From Lama guanicoe (taxonomy: Eukaryota), in the NCBI GenBank assembly GCA_013239625.1, contig MU057344.1, positions 870,276 to 934,275 of the forward strand: a stretch of DNA of 64,000 nt, read 5' to 3'. The translations under genes and the position numbers were made by a program. Below the pieces are notes generated by a model, which had not been told where the DNA came from, ran no database searches, and worked only from the letters and a program-made list of their open reading frames with translations. Below, piece after piece: positions 12,784-23,906 of this stretch. Position 1 is the stretch's first letter, and each line of letters starts with the position of its first letter.

Positions 12784-15489
12784 GTAAAGCACCCCAGGAT
12801 CTGCTCCCCGGGGTGGGCGGGCCTGGGGCAGGATGGACAGACAGATATGAGGGTGTGGGAGCGATGGGGGAACTCATACTGGATGGAGAACAGGGAGGGT
12901 GGGGGGCTGTGACAAGCTCCTGAGCTGGCACTTCCAGAAGATCCTGGGGGAAGCCCTGCCTGGACATCCACGCCGGCTCCGGGGGCCTGGGGGTCGTGCT
13001 TGATCCCAGCTGGTTCTGTGCAGAGTCAGTGCCCAGACAAGGGCGTGTGCTTTGGTTTCATGGTTAGTTTCCCAGCACCCGCCTTTCTGTATCCCAGAAC
13101 CTGCTCAGGTCACGGCCGGAGAGCTCAGAGCTGGAGTCGCTAAGACCTTAGTGCTAAGGCTTCTGGTGTTAAAGGAAAACAGAACCTAATTTGTTTCCAA
13201 ACATAGAAACAGTTGCAGAGTTACTGATCTTTAACCCTTAAAATACGTTTTTTGAGGGAAAAAAAGACCAGATAGCTAATGAAGGAAACGCTGGACTTCA
13301 GCTGGAACTAGTTCAGAAGCTCTGGGCCCTGGGGCGCTCCCTCCCCCAGCCCTTCCTTCTGCAGCCCCATGGGCACAGCAGCTCCTGTCCACTCCCTCCC
13401 GCCACTGTCCCTTTGCAGCCGTGGGACTTTCGGGTGTGCTTCTGTGGGGCCCTGGAAGCGGGGGGAGGCAGCCAGGCACCGAGGCCCCTCAGTTCTAGGA
13501 CCCCAGTGGGGGGTGAGGCAAGGGGTCAGAACATGCACCTGCCCCCACCCACACGCCCATCCAGGGCCCAGCTGGGTTGTTTCAGAACAGAACCAGACGT
13601 CTTCTTGCTTGGAGTTATTAGATGCAAATACTCAGAAATGATATTCAGAGCATTGCCACTTTGAAAAACACCAGCTTTGGATTTTTTTTCTTGTAATTTT
13701 ATTGTTCTGCTAGCACAAAGTAGAAGAAATCCGGGTTCTGGCTGGTTTCTAATCGTTATGGGTACAGCTCGGCACACCTGGCCTGGGGGAGGGTGCTGAC
13801 GCCGGGCTGTCTGCTGGCTGGGCCCACACAGGCCCCATACAGGCCACCCCCGCAGCCCAGCTCTTGACCAGTGGAGTCTGCGGCAGAGCCCACGGCCCTG
13901 GTAGGTGGGCCTTCTGCAAAGTGCAGCCCCAGTGCTGCTCCGCAGGCGTTCACCCCGCCAAGCTGGAAAGGACCTGCACGGGAACCTCACCCGCGGCTGC
14001 AGCTCCGGCCAGACCTTGGGCCTCGGAGAGAGCCACAGCGGGTGTGGTGCCACGTCTCCTGAGCTGGCACCTGGTCACTTCTGGCCCTGCCTGTTAGCAG
14101 GTGTGGCCTGGTGCTGGCCTTGCCCCCATCTCATCACTAAATGTCTCCCTGTGAACAGAAGGCAGTGGTCGATGGGCTGTGTACGGACCGACGGCTTATT
14201 CCTTACGAACAGTGTTTACACTGAAGTCATGCCGGGGAACATGGTTGCTTCCCGGGCAGACAAGAGGGGATGTGGGGACAGAGGAGGGGAAGAGGCATTC
14301 TGACAAAATGGGGCTGGGGTCCCTCTGCCCTCAGAGGTCCCGCCGGTGATGGCAGGCTCAGCCCAGGCCTTGGTGGTGGCTTTTCCTCCCTATGCCCGCC
14401 ACCACGGACCCCACAATTTCACCACGTGGCAAAGTCATGGTGTGAGCGGAGGTGGGCTGGGGTCCTCGTAGTTTCCACTTGGCTGCTGCTCTCCCACCTG
14501 GTGGGGCCTGGCATGGAAGGCGTGGAGGCCCCACAAGGCGGGTGTTTTCAGGCTCAGTGCTCACTCAGACCTCCCAAGGGAAAGGCCTGGGTCGTCTGTC
14601 TCGTGAATTAAGCTGCTCTGAGTCCTGAGAGCCCAGGTCCGGCCTGGGAGGGCTGGCTCCTGCATTCCCTCTGCTCCCAGCCTCACGTGGCTACTGTGGG
14701 CAGGAACAGACTTGGCATGAGGGCCCCATGGGGCAGGGACCATGCCTCTCAGCCATGGCTCAGTCTCGGTTCTTAGGAGCACACCTGGCCCAGCACAGGT
14801 GCACAGCACACCCGGTGAGAGGGAGAGGGAACCTAACTGTGTGAATATGCTGGCCCGGCGGGGCATGGCGCTGAATCGCGTCTTACCCGGGCTGTCAAGT
14901 CTGCCTTCCTGGGCAGAGCCTGTCTCAGCCTTGTGAACAGTGAGTTGGAAGCCAGAGCCTGGGTCCTGAGAAGCCCCATTTCCTGCCTTACCAGCAGTTC
15001 ACTGCTGTGCATCCCTCTGGGATTAGAGATGTAGTCGGAAATGGCTGGTCTTCGGGAGGAGGAGTCCCAGCAGGACAGGGACGCATCCAGCGCCGGCGTT
15101 GGTGGGGGTCCACCTGCCCAGTCCCAGCTCCTTTATGATCAGGGTTCCAAGATTAACAAAGGGTAAAACTCCCCAAACCAGCTTCGTTTGGTGTAAGTGG
15201 CCGGCTGCTGGGGGTGCAGACCTGCGGTGGGGGCCGGTTTCCTGCGCAGGCGGTTGGCCTTGGTGCTGCATCCCAGGTACCAGGCCCACGGGCTTGCACT
15301 GCCGGCACTCTTCAGGACTTTTCTGCCTTCGGAAAAAATTTCTCCTAGAAAAAAGCAATCGGCATTCAAACATGAGGGTATTTAAACGCCGTCTCTTCCT
15401 GTTCGACTCTGGTTGAGTATGTGCAGAATCTAAGTCCGGCGCTAGAGCCGGAGCACGCACTGGTCTGACCACCGTGTTGTTCTCCCCAG

Positions 15490-15605
15490 CTGGGGAAGAA
15501 GCAGGCGCTCCCGCCCTTCCAGCCACAGATTACCGACGACTATGGTCTGGACAACTTCGATACGCAGTTCACCAGCGAGCCGGTGCAGCTGACTCCCGAC
15601 GACGA
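15490..15605 (+). CDS. PRKCZ: PRKCZ coding exon 17: [39 protein letters not shown] (AGC C-tail, turn motif T560-equivalent)
   Basis: cccag| acceptor, GA|gtaagg donor, 116 nt; NFD and turn motifs. Confidence 0.97.
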
Positions 15606-15736
15606 GTAAGGCTGCTGGAGTGGGGCGTGCGGGGCTGCGGGGAGCCTCGCGTGGGCGTGGGGGCGGGGCGGGGCATCCTGAGCCGCGGGGGCGGGGTCTC
15701 ATGTGGCGCCCACCCTGCTCTCTCCGGCCCTTGCAG

Positions 15737-15824
15737 AGATGTGATCAAGAGGATCGACCAGTCGGAGTTCGAAGGGTTTGAGTACATCAACCCGCTGCTG
15801 CTGTCCACCGAGGAGTCCGTGTGA
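15737..15824 (+). CDS. PRKCZ: PRKCZ terminal coding exon 18: [28 protein letters not shown] (hydrophobic motif FEGFEY, C-terminal ESV)
   Basis: ttgcag| acceptor, TGA at 15822-15824; the phosphomimetic Glu in FEGFEY is diagnostic of atypical PKCs. Confidence 0.98.
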
Positions 15825-16162
15825 GGCGTCCGTGTTCTCCGTCGTGGACACGTCCGTGAATGGCCCCTGACTCTGTCCTTAACCACAGCGTATGCATGCC
15901 AGGCTGGGCACGACGCCCGGGCGCGGCCGGGAGGACTCGCCCCCGGGCCTGGACCACGGAGGGGCTGCGGGGCGGAGCAGCCCCTCGTCCGGGTCGCACG
16001 CCGCCTCGTGCTGGAGGAATTCGCTTCTCGTGCCTGCGCCGCGGAAGACCCGCGGTGACGTGTGTGAGGGAGAAACTGTCCCCCTATTTCGAAGGTGCAC
16101 ACTTCCCACAGAAACAGAACTGACCTGCTCCACCGGGAGAGCTAGCCTGTAATGTCGTGAGG

Positions 16163-16168
16163 AATAAA
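16163..16168 (+). terminator. PRKCZ: PRKCZ polyadenylation signal AATAAA (3' UTR ~350 nt)
   Basis: First AATAAA after the stop codon, followed by a T-rich stretch (gccttttttcc, ~16201-16211). Confidence 0.8.
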
Positions 16169-17959
16169 GTGTCCCGATGCTGTCGAAGCTTCCCTCTCAT
16201 GCCTTTTTTCCGCGCGTGGCGCCTGCCCACGTCGCAGGCACGGAGGAGGTGCGGTTGGCATGTGGGCGGGATGGGAGCTTAGGTGCCTGCAGCAGGGATC
16301 CACTGCAGTGAAGAATTTTTAACAAATCTGGAACATTTTCTAAGCCCCGGTAAGTTCCAGTTGTTAACATTTAACAGAACTTTCCTACAGAGCGTGTAAG
16401 TAGCCATGTGGCCTAACGCCCCAGTCACACCTTCACCAGATGGCCCGCTGGTCCCCACCAGGGCGGTAGACCCCAGTGAGGAAAAGTGGATCTTAGAGGT
16501 TCTGCAGCGTGGAGCTCACCAAAGCACCCAGAGACCAAAAGAAAAAAGAAACAAATTGAAAACTCAGTCTGCACAAAATATATTTCTGGAAACATGAAGC
16601 AGTGCTTCCGTGATGTCTTGTGTTACCGATCAGAGTTTTGGAAAACATTTTTATCCGTAAGGCTGACACTCAGAACTAGGCATTTCAAGGAGACGTGTGT
16701 GTGACGGGCCCCAGCCTTAAAGCTCAGCAGCAAGTGCAGGACGCTCTCAGCCATCCTGCACCTTCCTGACACGGCTCCCCTCCCCTCCTACTTCCGGTGT
16801 CCTCTGCAGGGGCACTTGTCACTTGGTCACCTTCCTTAGGTGAAAAGCCAAACTGAGGGTTTTCCAGGAAGAGGTAAACCATCTGGGTTTTTTAAGTCCC
16901 CAACATGTCAGGTGAGGCGAGTCCCCGAGAGCACTGGCGGGGCTCTTGTCCGCCATTGGGACCAAGTCCCAGGGACAAGTACTTGACATCCTCCGTGTGC
17001 ACATGGCCTGCATCACCATGCAGCCCCTGGGCCTCGTTCTGCAAATGCAGCCCACCCCTCCCCACGCTCAGGCTGCAGCTCCTTGTGGTGCAGCACCAGG
17101 TCGGTGTCCCCAAGACCCCAGGTCCCTCGCGCCCTGAGCCACCCTGGGTTGCAGAGCAGCGTCTGTGGGACGTGGAGACTTGTTTCCAGCGTTCGTCCAA
17201 CCCCCAGTTGTACCAGGAAGACCTGCCTCCAGAGACAAAACCTGGGGACACAGAGCAGTCTGTGAGCCGACTTGTGGGTCTCATGGGTGTTGGCCCAGCA
17301 GGGACGCCAGTCACAGAGCTGGGCCTGAGGGCTATGCAGTCACTCGTGACCAGGGAGCACTGGGACCTGCTGGTGTCACCTGGGGAGGGAGACCCCAGTG
17401 TGCCCATGGAGCGGTGACAAGTGGCCTCAGAGCCCCCTGCTCCCCAGAGGGGTCACTTGCTGCGTTGGTGACATCTTTGCTCCAACAGTACAGGGGCTCT
17501 GGATTTGCTCAAACTTCAGCATTTATTCCAATGTTGCCATGTTGCCAAATAGCTTCCCGGTTACCAGTGTGGTTGCTCGTGTACAAAACGTGTGTAACCT
17601 GTGCTCACGGTCAAGGGAGATCTCACAGTCAATTGTTTCCTAATGTAAAGGTGAAGGGCGTACCGAGATGGGGTTTGGAAACAAATCCTAACATTTTCGA
17701 ACAGCTCCAGTCACAACGAGGTGTGTGTCCTTTCGGAACAGTTTTTGGAAACGGGTGACGCCACGATTGTAAAGCGGCAGATGCGTCCTGGTGGTTTTAT
17801 ACGATGAGTGAGTGGCTGGCAGCTCTCCCTCCACGGGTGAGTGTCCCCAGCAGCCACGCCCGCTCCTGTCTTGCACACTCATTAAAAACTTTAACGACAA
17901 TGCTGACTGTTACTCTTTTCATTAAAAGTGTCTCCAGGAAGCCAAGGCTGTTGAAGCCA

Positions 17960-18510
17960 TTTTAATAAAAACACTTTAAGAGCAGTTTTAGGTTCACAGC
18001 AAAAGTGACAGGTGGGTACAGAGAGGTCTCGGATCCCTGCCCCCCCCACAGCCTCCCCACCATCAACATCCCCTCTCCACACAGGGTGCATTTGTTACAG
18101 CCGATGAATCGGGGGAGGGCAGAGCTCAGTGGTGGAGTGTGTGCTTAGCATGCAGGAGGTCCTGGCTTCAGTCCCCAGTCCCTCCATTAAAAATAAATAA
18201 ACTTAATTTTCCACCAAAAAAGAATTTCTTTACAAAGCTATTAAAAAACAACTGCTGAACCGGCACTGAGTGTGGGTCTGGACCCACGTTTGACGTGTGT
18301 CTCACGCATCCACCGCTGTGGTCCACCTGGAGTATTTCCACTGCCCTCAAAGTCCTGTGCTCTGCCTGTTTAACCCTCCCTCCCCAGTGACCTCTGGCAA
18401 CCGCCAATCTGTATCGTCTCCACAGTTCTGCCTTTTCTCGGGTGTCCTATGGCTGGAATCGCATAGTCCGTAGCCTTTCAGACGGGCATCTTTCACCGAG
18501 CGCCACAGTG
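17960..18510 (-). mobile_element. Old L1 3'-end fragment (L1MC/L1MB-like), interrupted by the SINE
   Basis: tttaagagcagttttaggttcacagcaaaa...tttccactgccctcaaa...ctccacagttctgccttttc...tagcctttcagacggg resembles the reverse-complemented L1M 3' UTR; edges approximate. Confidence 0.75.
18111..18247 (+). mobile_element. tRNA-derived SINE (camelid Vic-1-like) with A-rich tail, inserted into an older L1
   Basis: GGGGAGGGCAGAGCTCAGTGGTGGAG...CTTAGCATGCAGGAGGTCCTGGCTTCAGTCCCCAG has A-box and degenerate B-box; A-rich tail; diverged target-site duplication 18097-18110 / 18248-18261. Family name from memory. Confidence 0.8.
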
Positions 18511-18724
18511 AGCACCATGTCCGCACTCAGGCCAACTCGGGCACAAATACCCGTACTGCCCGTGATGCTGTCCCCGCTAACCTGCCCAGGCGGGTCCTCT
18601 GCCAGGCGGCCCTGTCCGTTTCCCGACCTTGGCCATCACTCTGCTCAGCGACAGCCACAGAGGAAAAAGGACCCAATGCTTCGGTCTGCACACACGGAGA
18701 TACGAGCACTTCACACTGACACGT

Positions 18725-18730
18725 TTTAAT
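18725..18730 (-). terminator. FAAP20: FAAP20 polyadenylation signal ATTAAA
   Basis: tttaat on + strand ~75 nt past the stop codon; GU-rich sequence downstream on the - strand. Confidence 0.65.
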
Positions 18731-18804
18731 GTGTAGCTTCTTAGCACGGGAAGCAGAGGACGTGGTCTCGCAGGTGGAGGAGAAGCCGCGGGGCCGGGAA
18801 GGGC

Positions 18805-18877
18805 TCACCACACCACGTCGTCCGTGCTCTCCGCCAGGCACTGAGCCAGATGGCTGTCGATGTCCGACGGGGCCAGC
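18805..18877 (-). CDS. FAAP20: FAAP20 terminal coding exon 4: LAPSDIDSHLAQCLAESTDDVVW* (second half of UBZ, terminal Trp retained)
   Basis: cttgcag| acceptor, 73 nt, TGA at 18807-18805; DSHLAQC completes the CCHC zinc finger; the four exons sum to 519 nt = 172 aa + stop. Confidence 0.96.
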
Positions 18878-21800
18878 CTGCAAGGAAGAGAGGGTCGCTC
18901 ACAGAGAAGAAGCTGGCCACGCAGAAGGGCACCTGGTTGGAGCACCTGTCTCACACTTTCATGCCCTTTCTGGGTATGCCAGCCACACCAAAGGCCGGCC
19001 AGAGAGAAACAAGGGGAGGGTCCAGGAGGAGGGGCCCCACCAAGCAGAAAGCCTTTCCAAATCCTGTTCCCCAGCTCCCAGGTCTGCAGGGTGCCCAGAG
19101 GGCTTGTCAGATACACACGCCCAGGCTCACCCCTGAGCCTGGCAGGGGACACCCTGTGTCTGGTTGAGCCTCTAGGACTTCTGGGACCCTCCCAGCATGA
19201 GGACCTCGCAGCTCGCAGGGCCTGAGAGCCGGCCTGCGGTACAGGCATCGACAGACAGGCCGGCCGGACCGCAGCGCCGGGGGCCGGCCAGGGCCCCTCC
19301 AGGTAGAGGGTGGAGTCCCTCCTAACCCCGGAGCCCTCCCCGGTAGGAGCTGTCTCGTCAGCAGACAACTCCATCAGGTGTGTCTGCAGCATGTGACTGG
19401 GTGTCCCTTCCCTTCGACACAAACCACCCTGCTTGGCAACTGGAAAAGAGAAGGCGGGAAGGCGGATGTCCCAGGACAGCAGGCACTGCAAGGCAGCAGA
19501 ACAGAGTGGACAAAGGGGTGTGCACCTCAGGTCAGGGAATTTGTTCTTTACTCAGAGGGACTTGGCTCCTCTGAGGACAGGATTCAGTCAACGTGGGCTG
19601 CCAACCACGGTCCTGGGGGCCCCGAGGCCTGCGGGTCAGCCCCCTCAGTGTCTGGCGGGGGTGGGGAGAGGTCTGATGCATGTCACAGAGCAGGTGCCTT
19701 CCATCCCTGACCTCACCTGACCCCAGGGAGGAGGGACGGTCAGGGATGACTGACAGTCTCCCCTGTGCTAGAGGCTGTGACTCCCTGCAGAACTGGGGGA
19801 GCTGAGCGAGCGCCTTCACCCAGACTCAAGCCCAGACCCAAGGGGCCTGTGTCCACCTGCCACCTGGGCTCCACCCGGAGCCGGCCTCCCCTCAGCACCC
19901 AGGCCTCCTGCTGTTGGCCAGCATTGGTCCAGGCCCCTTCTCGTGCCCCGGACAGGCCCAGCAGCCCCAGTGAGGACCCTCTCCACTCTGAGACTGTCCC
20001 CCATGGCCCCCGCCCCCCGACCTGGCACGTGCAGGGAGTGCCTGGACCCTCGGGTTCTGCTCCACTCCAGCAGCCCAAGGCCACTCACTCCTGTGGCTCA
20101 TCCACACCAGAGTGGCCAGGGACCCTGCACTGCACAGAGCAGAGCCACCTGCCAAGTCTCAAGCCAACCACTCTCCCAACGAGGCTCTTCCAGCAGCCGG
20201 GCTGAGAGGCTGCCTAGGGGCCTAGCCAGAGTCCTGGCCAAACGCCGGGATCCACAAGTGGCATTCACACGTGGTCATCACATCCACTCCGTGTTCTGCC
20301 AGGATCCTCCGAGGCTGCAGGGCCCTCCGCAGAGGCGGCTGGCCAGCCAGCCTGTGCCCCTCTCTCCACCTGCAGAGACCTCCCGCCGTGGTCTGTCCTC
20401 CGCCGCCTCCAGGGCTGTCCTAGTCAACCAGCCAGAGTTCAGCAGCCAGGATGGAGAGCCGCTTCCCTGGAGCCACTGCGTCCAGGCACCAAGTCAGGAA
20501 TGACGTCCTTCCACAGCCACCCCAGGACTAAGGCGCCGGCCGTTCACCCAACCTAACCCCCCGCACTGCTGCTCGCCGGAGCCGGAGCCGCACTGGTGTG
20601 GGTGCCTTCCGCTGCCCCTGCAGCACTCACAGATGCCGGCCCGTGCCGCCCTGGGGCCCCGGGGGCCCCTCGGCCCATCCTGGAGCCTGCCCCTGCATGT
20701 GCTTCCTCCGAGGCTGCCAGACACCCTAAGACCCGGACCAGGTCACCTTGTCCAGGGATCTCCAGACAGTGTCCCACGGGTGGGAGGCACCCTCCGGGAT
20801 TCCTTCAGACCCCCACCCAAAAGAGCTGTCGCTGGGTCTCTCACGCACTGTGCTTCCACCTCAGCTGGCATCACCGCAGCCTTGCCTCCCACCCGCGCGC
20901 GCACCCAGGTGTGGAGGCCGGCACGGCTGCGGGAGACGGGGCTCAGCCCGCGACCCTCCTGAACCTTCTGAACATGAACAGGTACCCAGGGGCTTAAGGG
21001 GCCTCGGAGCTGGAGAGACCCCCGCCTGGGCATCGACATAGACACGGGGACACGGCTCACACTTGGGTTTCCACGTCTTCACATCACTTGGCCTGGAGGA
21101 GCTAATCTCCCAACCGCCTCTGTGACTCCCGGGTAGCAGAAAACAGAGTATCTGAGTGTGCAGCGAGGGGACGGCATTCACACGGGGCCATTGAGTCCAC
21201 TTTGTGGCTGCCCTCACATTGGAGGACAAGTGGTTCTGAGTGACCCGCAGACACCGAGACTTCTAGAAAGAAGAGAGCTCATCCCACTGCTCTGCCAGAG
21301 GCGTCCAGGCTGCTGGCGCCTCCTGCTGACCAGCGCCACCGCTCCCGCTGCTCTGATGGCATCTGTCTCTGGTCAAATAATTCCCGAGCATCACTGAAAG
21401 CAAGTGTTTTTCTAGAGACAATCACGAGACAACACAACAGTCGCATGTCTATGTCCAGCCCTAACCTGGACCCTCCCAGGGCCCAGACTCCCTGCCCTAG
21501 GGTCCTGAGGGGTGTGAGCCCCTGCATCCGGCATGGGGACTTCTGTTGTCTCCAGGTTATCCTGTAGCCTTGAGGGGGTGTGGCCTCTCCTTTTTAATCA
21601 CAGGAGGGCCACGCTGGAAGCATTCCAGGCATGCAGAGACCCAGCCCCAACGGCACTTCCCCCTACTCTGAAAAGCCAAGGCACTCTGCCAAGCCTCAAT
21701 CTAACTGCTGAAACAGCTCAGAACCGGAACTTTCCGACTTCCCTCTGGTGTCTCTGGGAATCCTTTCTTGGTAGGAAAGTAAGCGATCCAAGGACAAAAG

Positions 21801-23145
21801 GCTCCCCTGGAACGGGAGGAGGGGCCAGGGTGCCCCGACAGCATCAGGAACCCAAGGGCTCTGCCAGGAAAGCTGCCCTCCCTCCAGGGCTTCCAAAGGT
21901 GTTTCTGCTCCTTGATGTCTTTTGACAGGTGTGATCCAAGGGGACTTTGCGTTTTAAGAAGTGCTCACCGAGCCCTCAGGAAGGGCAGGGGAGTCGGCAC
22001 CTGCAGCCACAGCCATGCTGAGGCATCAGTACAGGCAGGAGGGTGCTGGGCGAGACGCTGAGTCTGGCGATGGCTTGCAGATTCTCCAGGGCTACTCAGA
22101 GCACCAGGCACCTCAGCGCGGCTGCAGCACCTCCTGTCCCGCCCAGCCCGACCTGTGCCGGCTGGGGGCTTCGCCCGGGCACAGGCGCCCTGAGGACAGC
22201 CACCACCTCGCCCTCTCCGCCCCCCCCCCGTGAGCCATCTGGGAGCGGTGTGGAGAGGCAGTGCCCACCCCACGTCAGGTTCCAATGAAATAAACCTCAC
22301 TGCCTGGAGGAGCCTGGATGTTTGACTTAAGTCAGGGTTTCTTCTCTCCTGTGCCGCGGTTTTCTGCCACATGTTTTGATAACTGGTTGGACAGCTTCTA
22401 GCTCTAGAAGCCACTCCCTTCACCCTCCGGGGCTGTTTTGTTTCTGGAAGACGAGGGGCAGCGCTCGTAACAACACACGTCTCCAGGCCACTGGATGTCC
22501 AATGCAGAACGGGTCTGACTACCAAAACCTGCTGTCCATTCCCTTTGCCCGACCAAGCTTCTTCCACCCTGACCCCCATGATCCCCCCACACCTATGTCC
22601 TCGGCTGTGTGACTCGTGGCCCAAAGCTGAGCAGCTGGGACTTCTCATCAAAATCGAATTCCATCATCCTTACTTAGAAAGGGTATAATGTATACATTTG
22701 ATTTTTTGAAAGAAAAAAAACATCTCTAGACAGAGACGATTTTCACTTTTAAAACCAGCAATCTACCTCTGGGAAGGTGCTCAGTGACCTACAGCCCACC
22801 TGAACCTGGAGGTGGTCTCAGCCCCGGGAAGTCAGTCACCACCAGGTTCCCGGATGTCAGGGTGGACCCAGGTAGAGCCTCCCTACCCTCCTGCTGTAGA
22901 GTCTGAGGGGTGGAGGTCAGGAGACCCCAGACCTGTCAGCCAGCAGGTCGACCCCCAGATCCGTAGCACTGCGTCCTCTGGCTGATCCTCACGCAGTCAC
23001 TGCCCTTTGCCAACGTTCTAAGCACAAAATGTTACTTTAAAATGCCAAAGTCGAGCTCAAGCTCCCTAGCCTTCTAAACCTGGCTGTGGTTTCCAAATGG
23101 CAAGGGCCACCAGGTAAAGGCAGAGGGGAGGGAAGGCCCACTCAC

Positions 23146-23393
23146 CTGGGAGAGAAGTCGGCTTGGCACATGGGGCAGCTCCGCAGGGTCGGCGTCCCCT
23201 CCAAGGACGGCTGCTCCTCGGCGCTGGAGGTCCCGCGGGGCTCACGCGCGGGGTGGTGTTGGGGGGACACCGGGCAGGAGCGGACCCGGCCCCTGCCTCG
23301 CTCGGGGACGGGCGGGAAGGGTGTCCAGGAGAAGGTCTTGGTTCCCACCGTGAAGCTCTCCGGTGGCGCCTGCTCGGGGCTGCGCATGGGCTC
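23146..23393 (-). CDS. FAAP20: FAAP20 coding exon 3: EPMRSPEQ...FTVGTKTFSWTPFPP...LRSCPMCQADFSP (first half of UBZ)
   Basis: ttgcag| acceptor, AG|gtgagt donor, 248 nt; FTVGxKTFSWTPFPP and CPMC motifs. Confidence 0.95.
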
Positions 23394-23480
23394 CTGCAAG
23401 ACCGAGTCGTCGGATCGCGCCGGCCGCGCCCGCCCCTCCCCAACCCGAGACCCGAGGCCGCGCGCTGGGTCACCGCACAC

Positions 23481-23616
23481 CTGGCGGGGGAACGCGGGGA
23501 GCGGCGGCAGCTCGCCGTGCACGTTCAGATCTGCGCTCGCCACGCGGAACAGCTCATCCCACAGCCGCGCACACTCGCCGCCGTCCGGGTGGGATCCAGG
23601 GGCGGCGCTCGGGGGC
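23481..23616 (-). CDS. FAAP20: FAAP20 coding exon 2: PPSAAPGSHPDGGECARLWDELFRVASADLNVHGELPPLPAFPRQ (FANCA-binding region)
   Basis: cccag| acceptor, CAG|gtgtgc donor, 136 nt; RLW-EL and LPAFP motifs. Confidence 0.9.
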
Positions 23617-23844
23617 CTGGGACGGCAGGGGGCGAGAACTCAGCCCCGGAGGCCCGGGAGGGCGGGGAGGGGGGTGGGCGGCGGCAGGGGGAGGAGCGGG
23701 GATGGACTCAGCGGCAGGGGAGGGACCCTGGCAGGTTCCGGGAAGCACGTAGAGGCGTGACACCAGCTACCGCTCGGCCGGGGGACACTAGGGCCCCACC
23801 CGGCCGCTCCCCGCGCCCGCGCCGCCCTCAGCCCCCGGCCTCAC

Positions 23845-23906
23845 CCGACCCCCGACGGCGGCCTCCTGCGGCTCAGGCTCCGCCGCGGCCTCCGCGCCGC
23901 CTCCAT
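23845..23906 (-). CDS. FAAP20: FAAP20 coding exon 1: MEAARRPRRSLSRRRPPSGVG
   Basis: ATG at 23906-23904 in context cggATGg; 62 nt; GG|gtgagg donor; resembles recalled human N-terminus MEAARRPRLGLSRRRP. Confidence 0.92.

Noticed and set aside
15474-15824. ORF running through exon 17 and intron 17 into exon 18
   Set aside because: Exon 17 is read out of frame from a non-ATG start; only the last 29 codons are genuine PRKCZ.
16819-17417. Overlapping ~170-aa ORFs between PRKCZ and FAAP20, considered as a small gene or pseudogene
   Set aside because: No recognisable homology, exon structure or retrocopy hallmarks; a BLASTX search would settle it.
18111-18185. tRNA-like sequence
   Set aside because: Degenerate B-box, A-rich tail and target-site duplication identify it as a SINE, not a tRNA gene.
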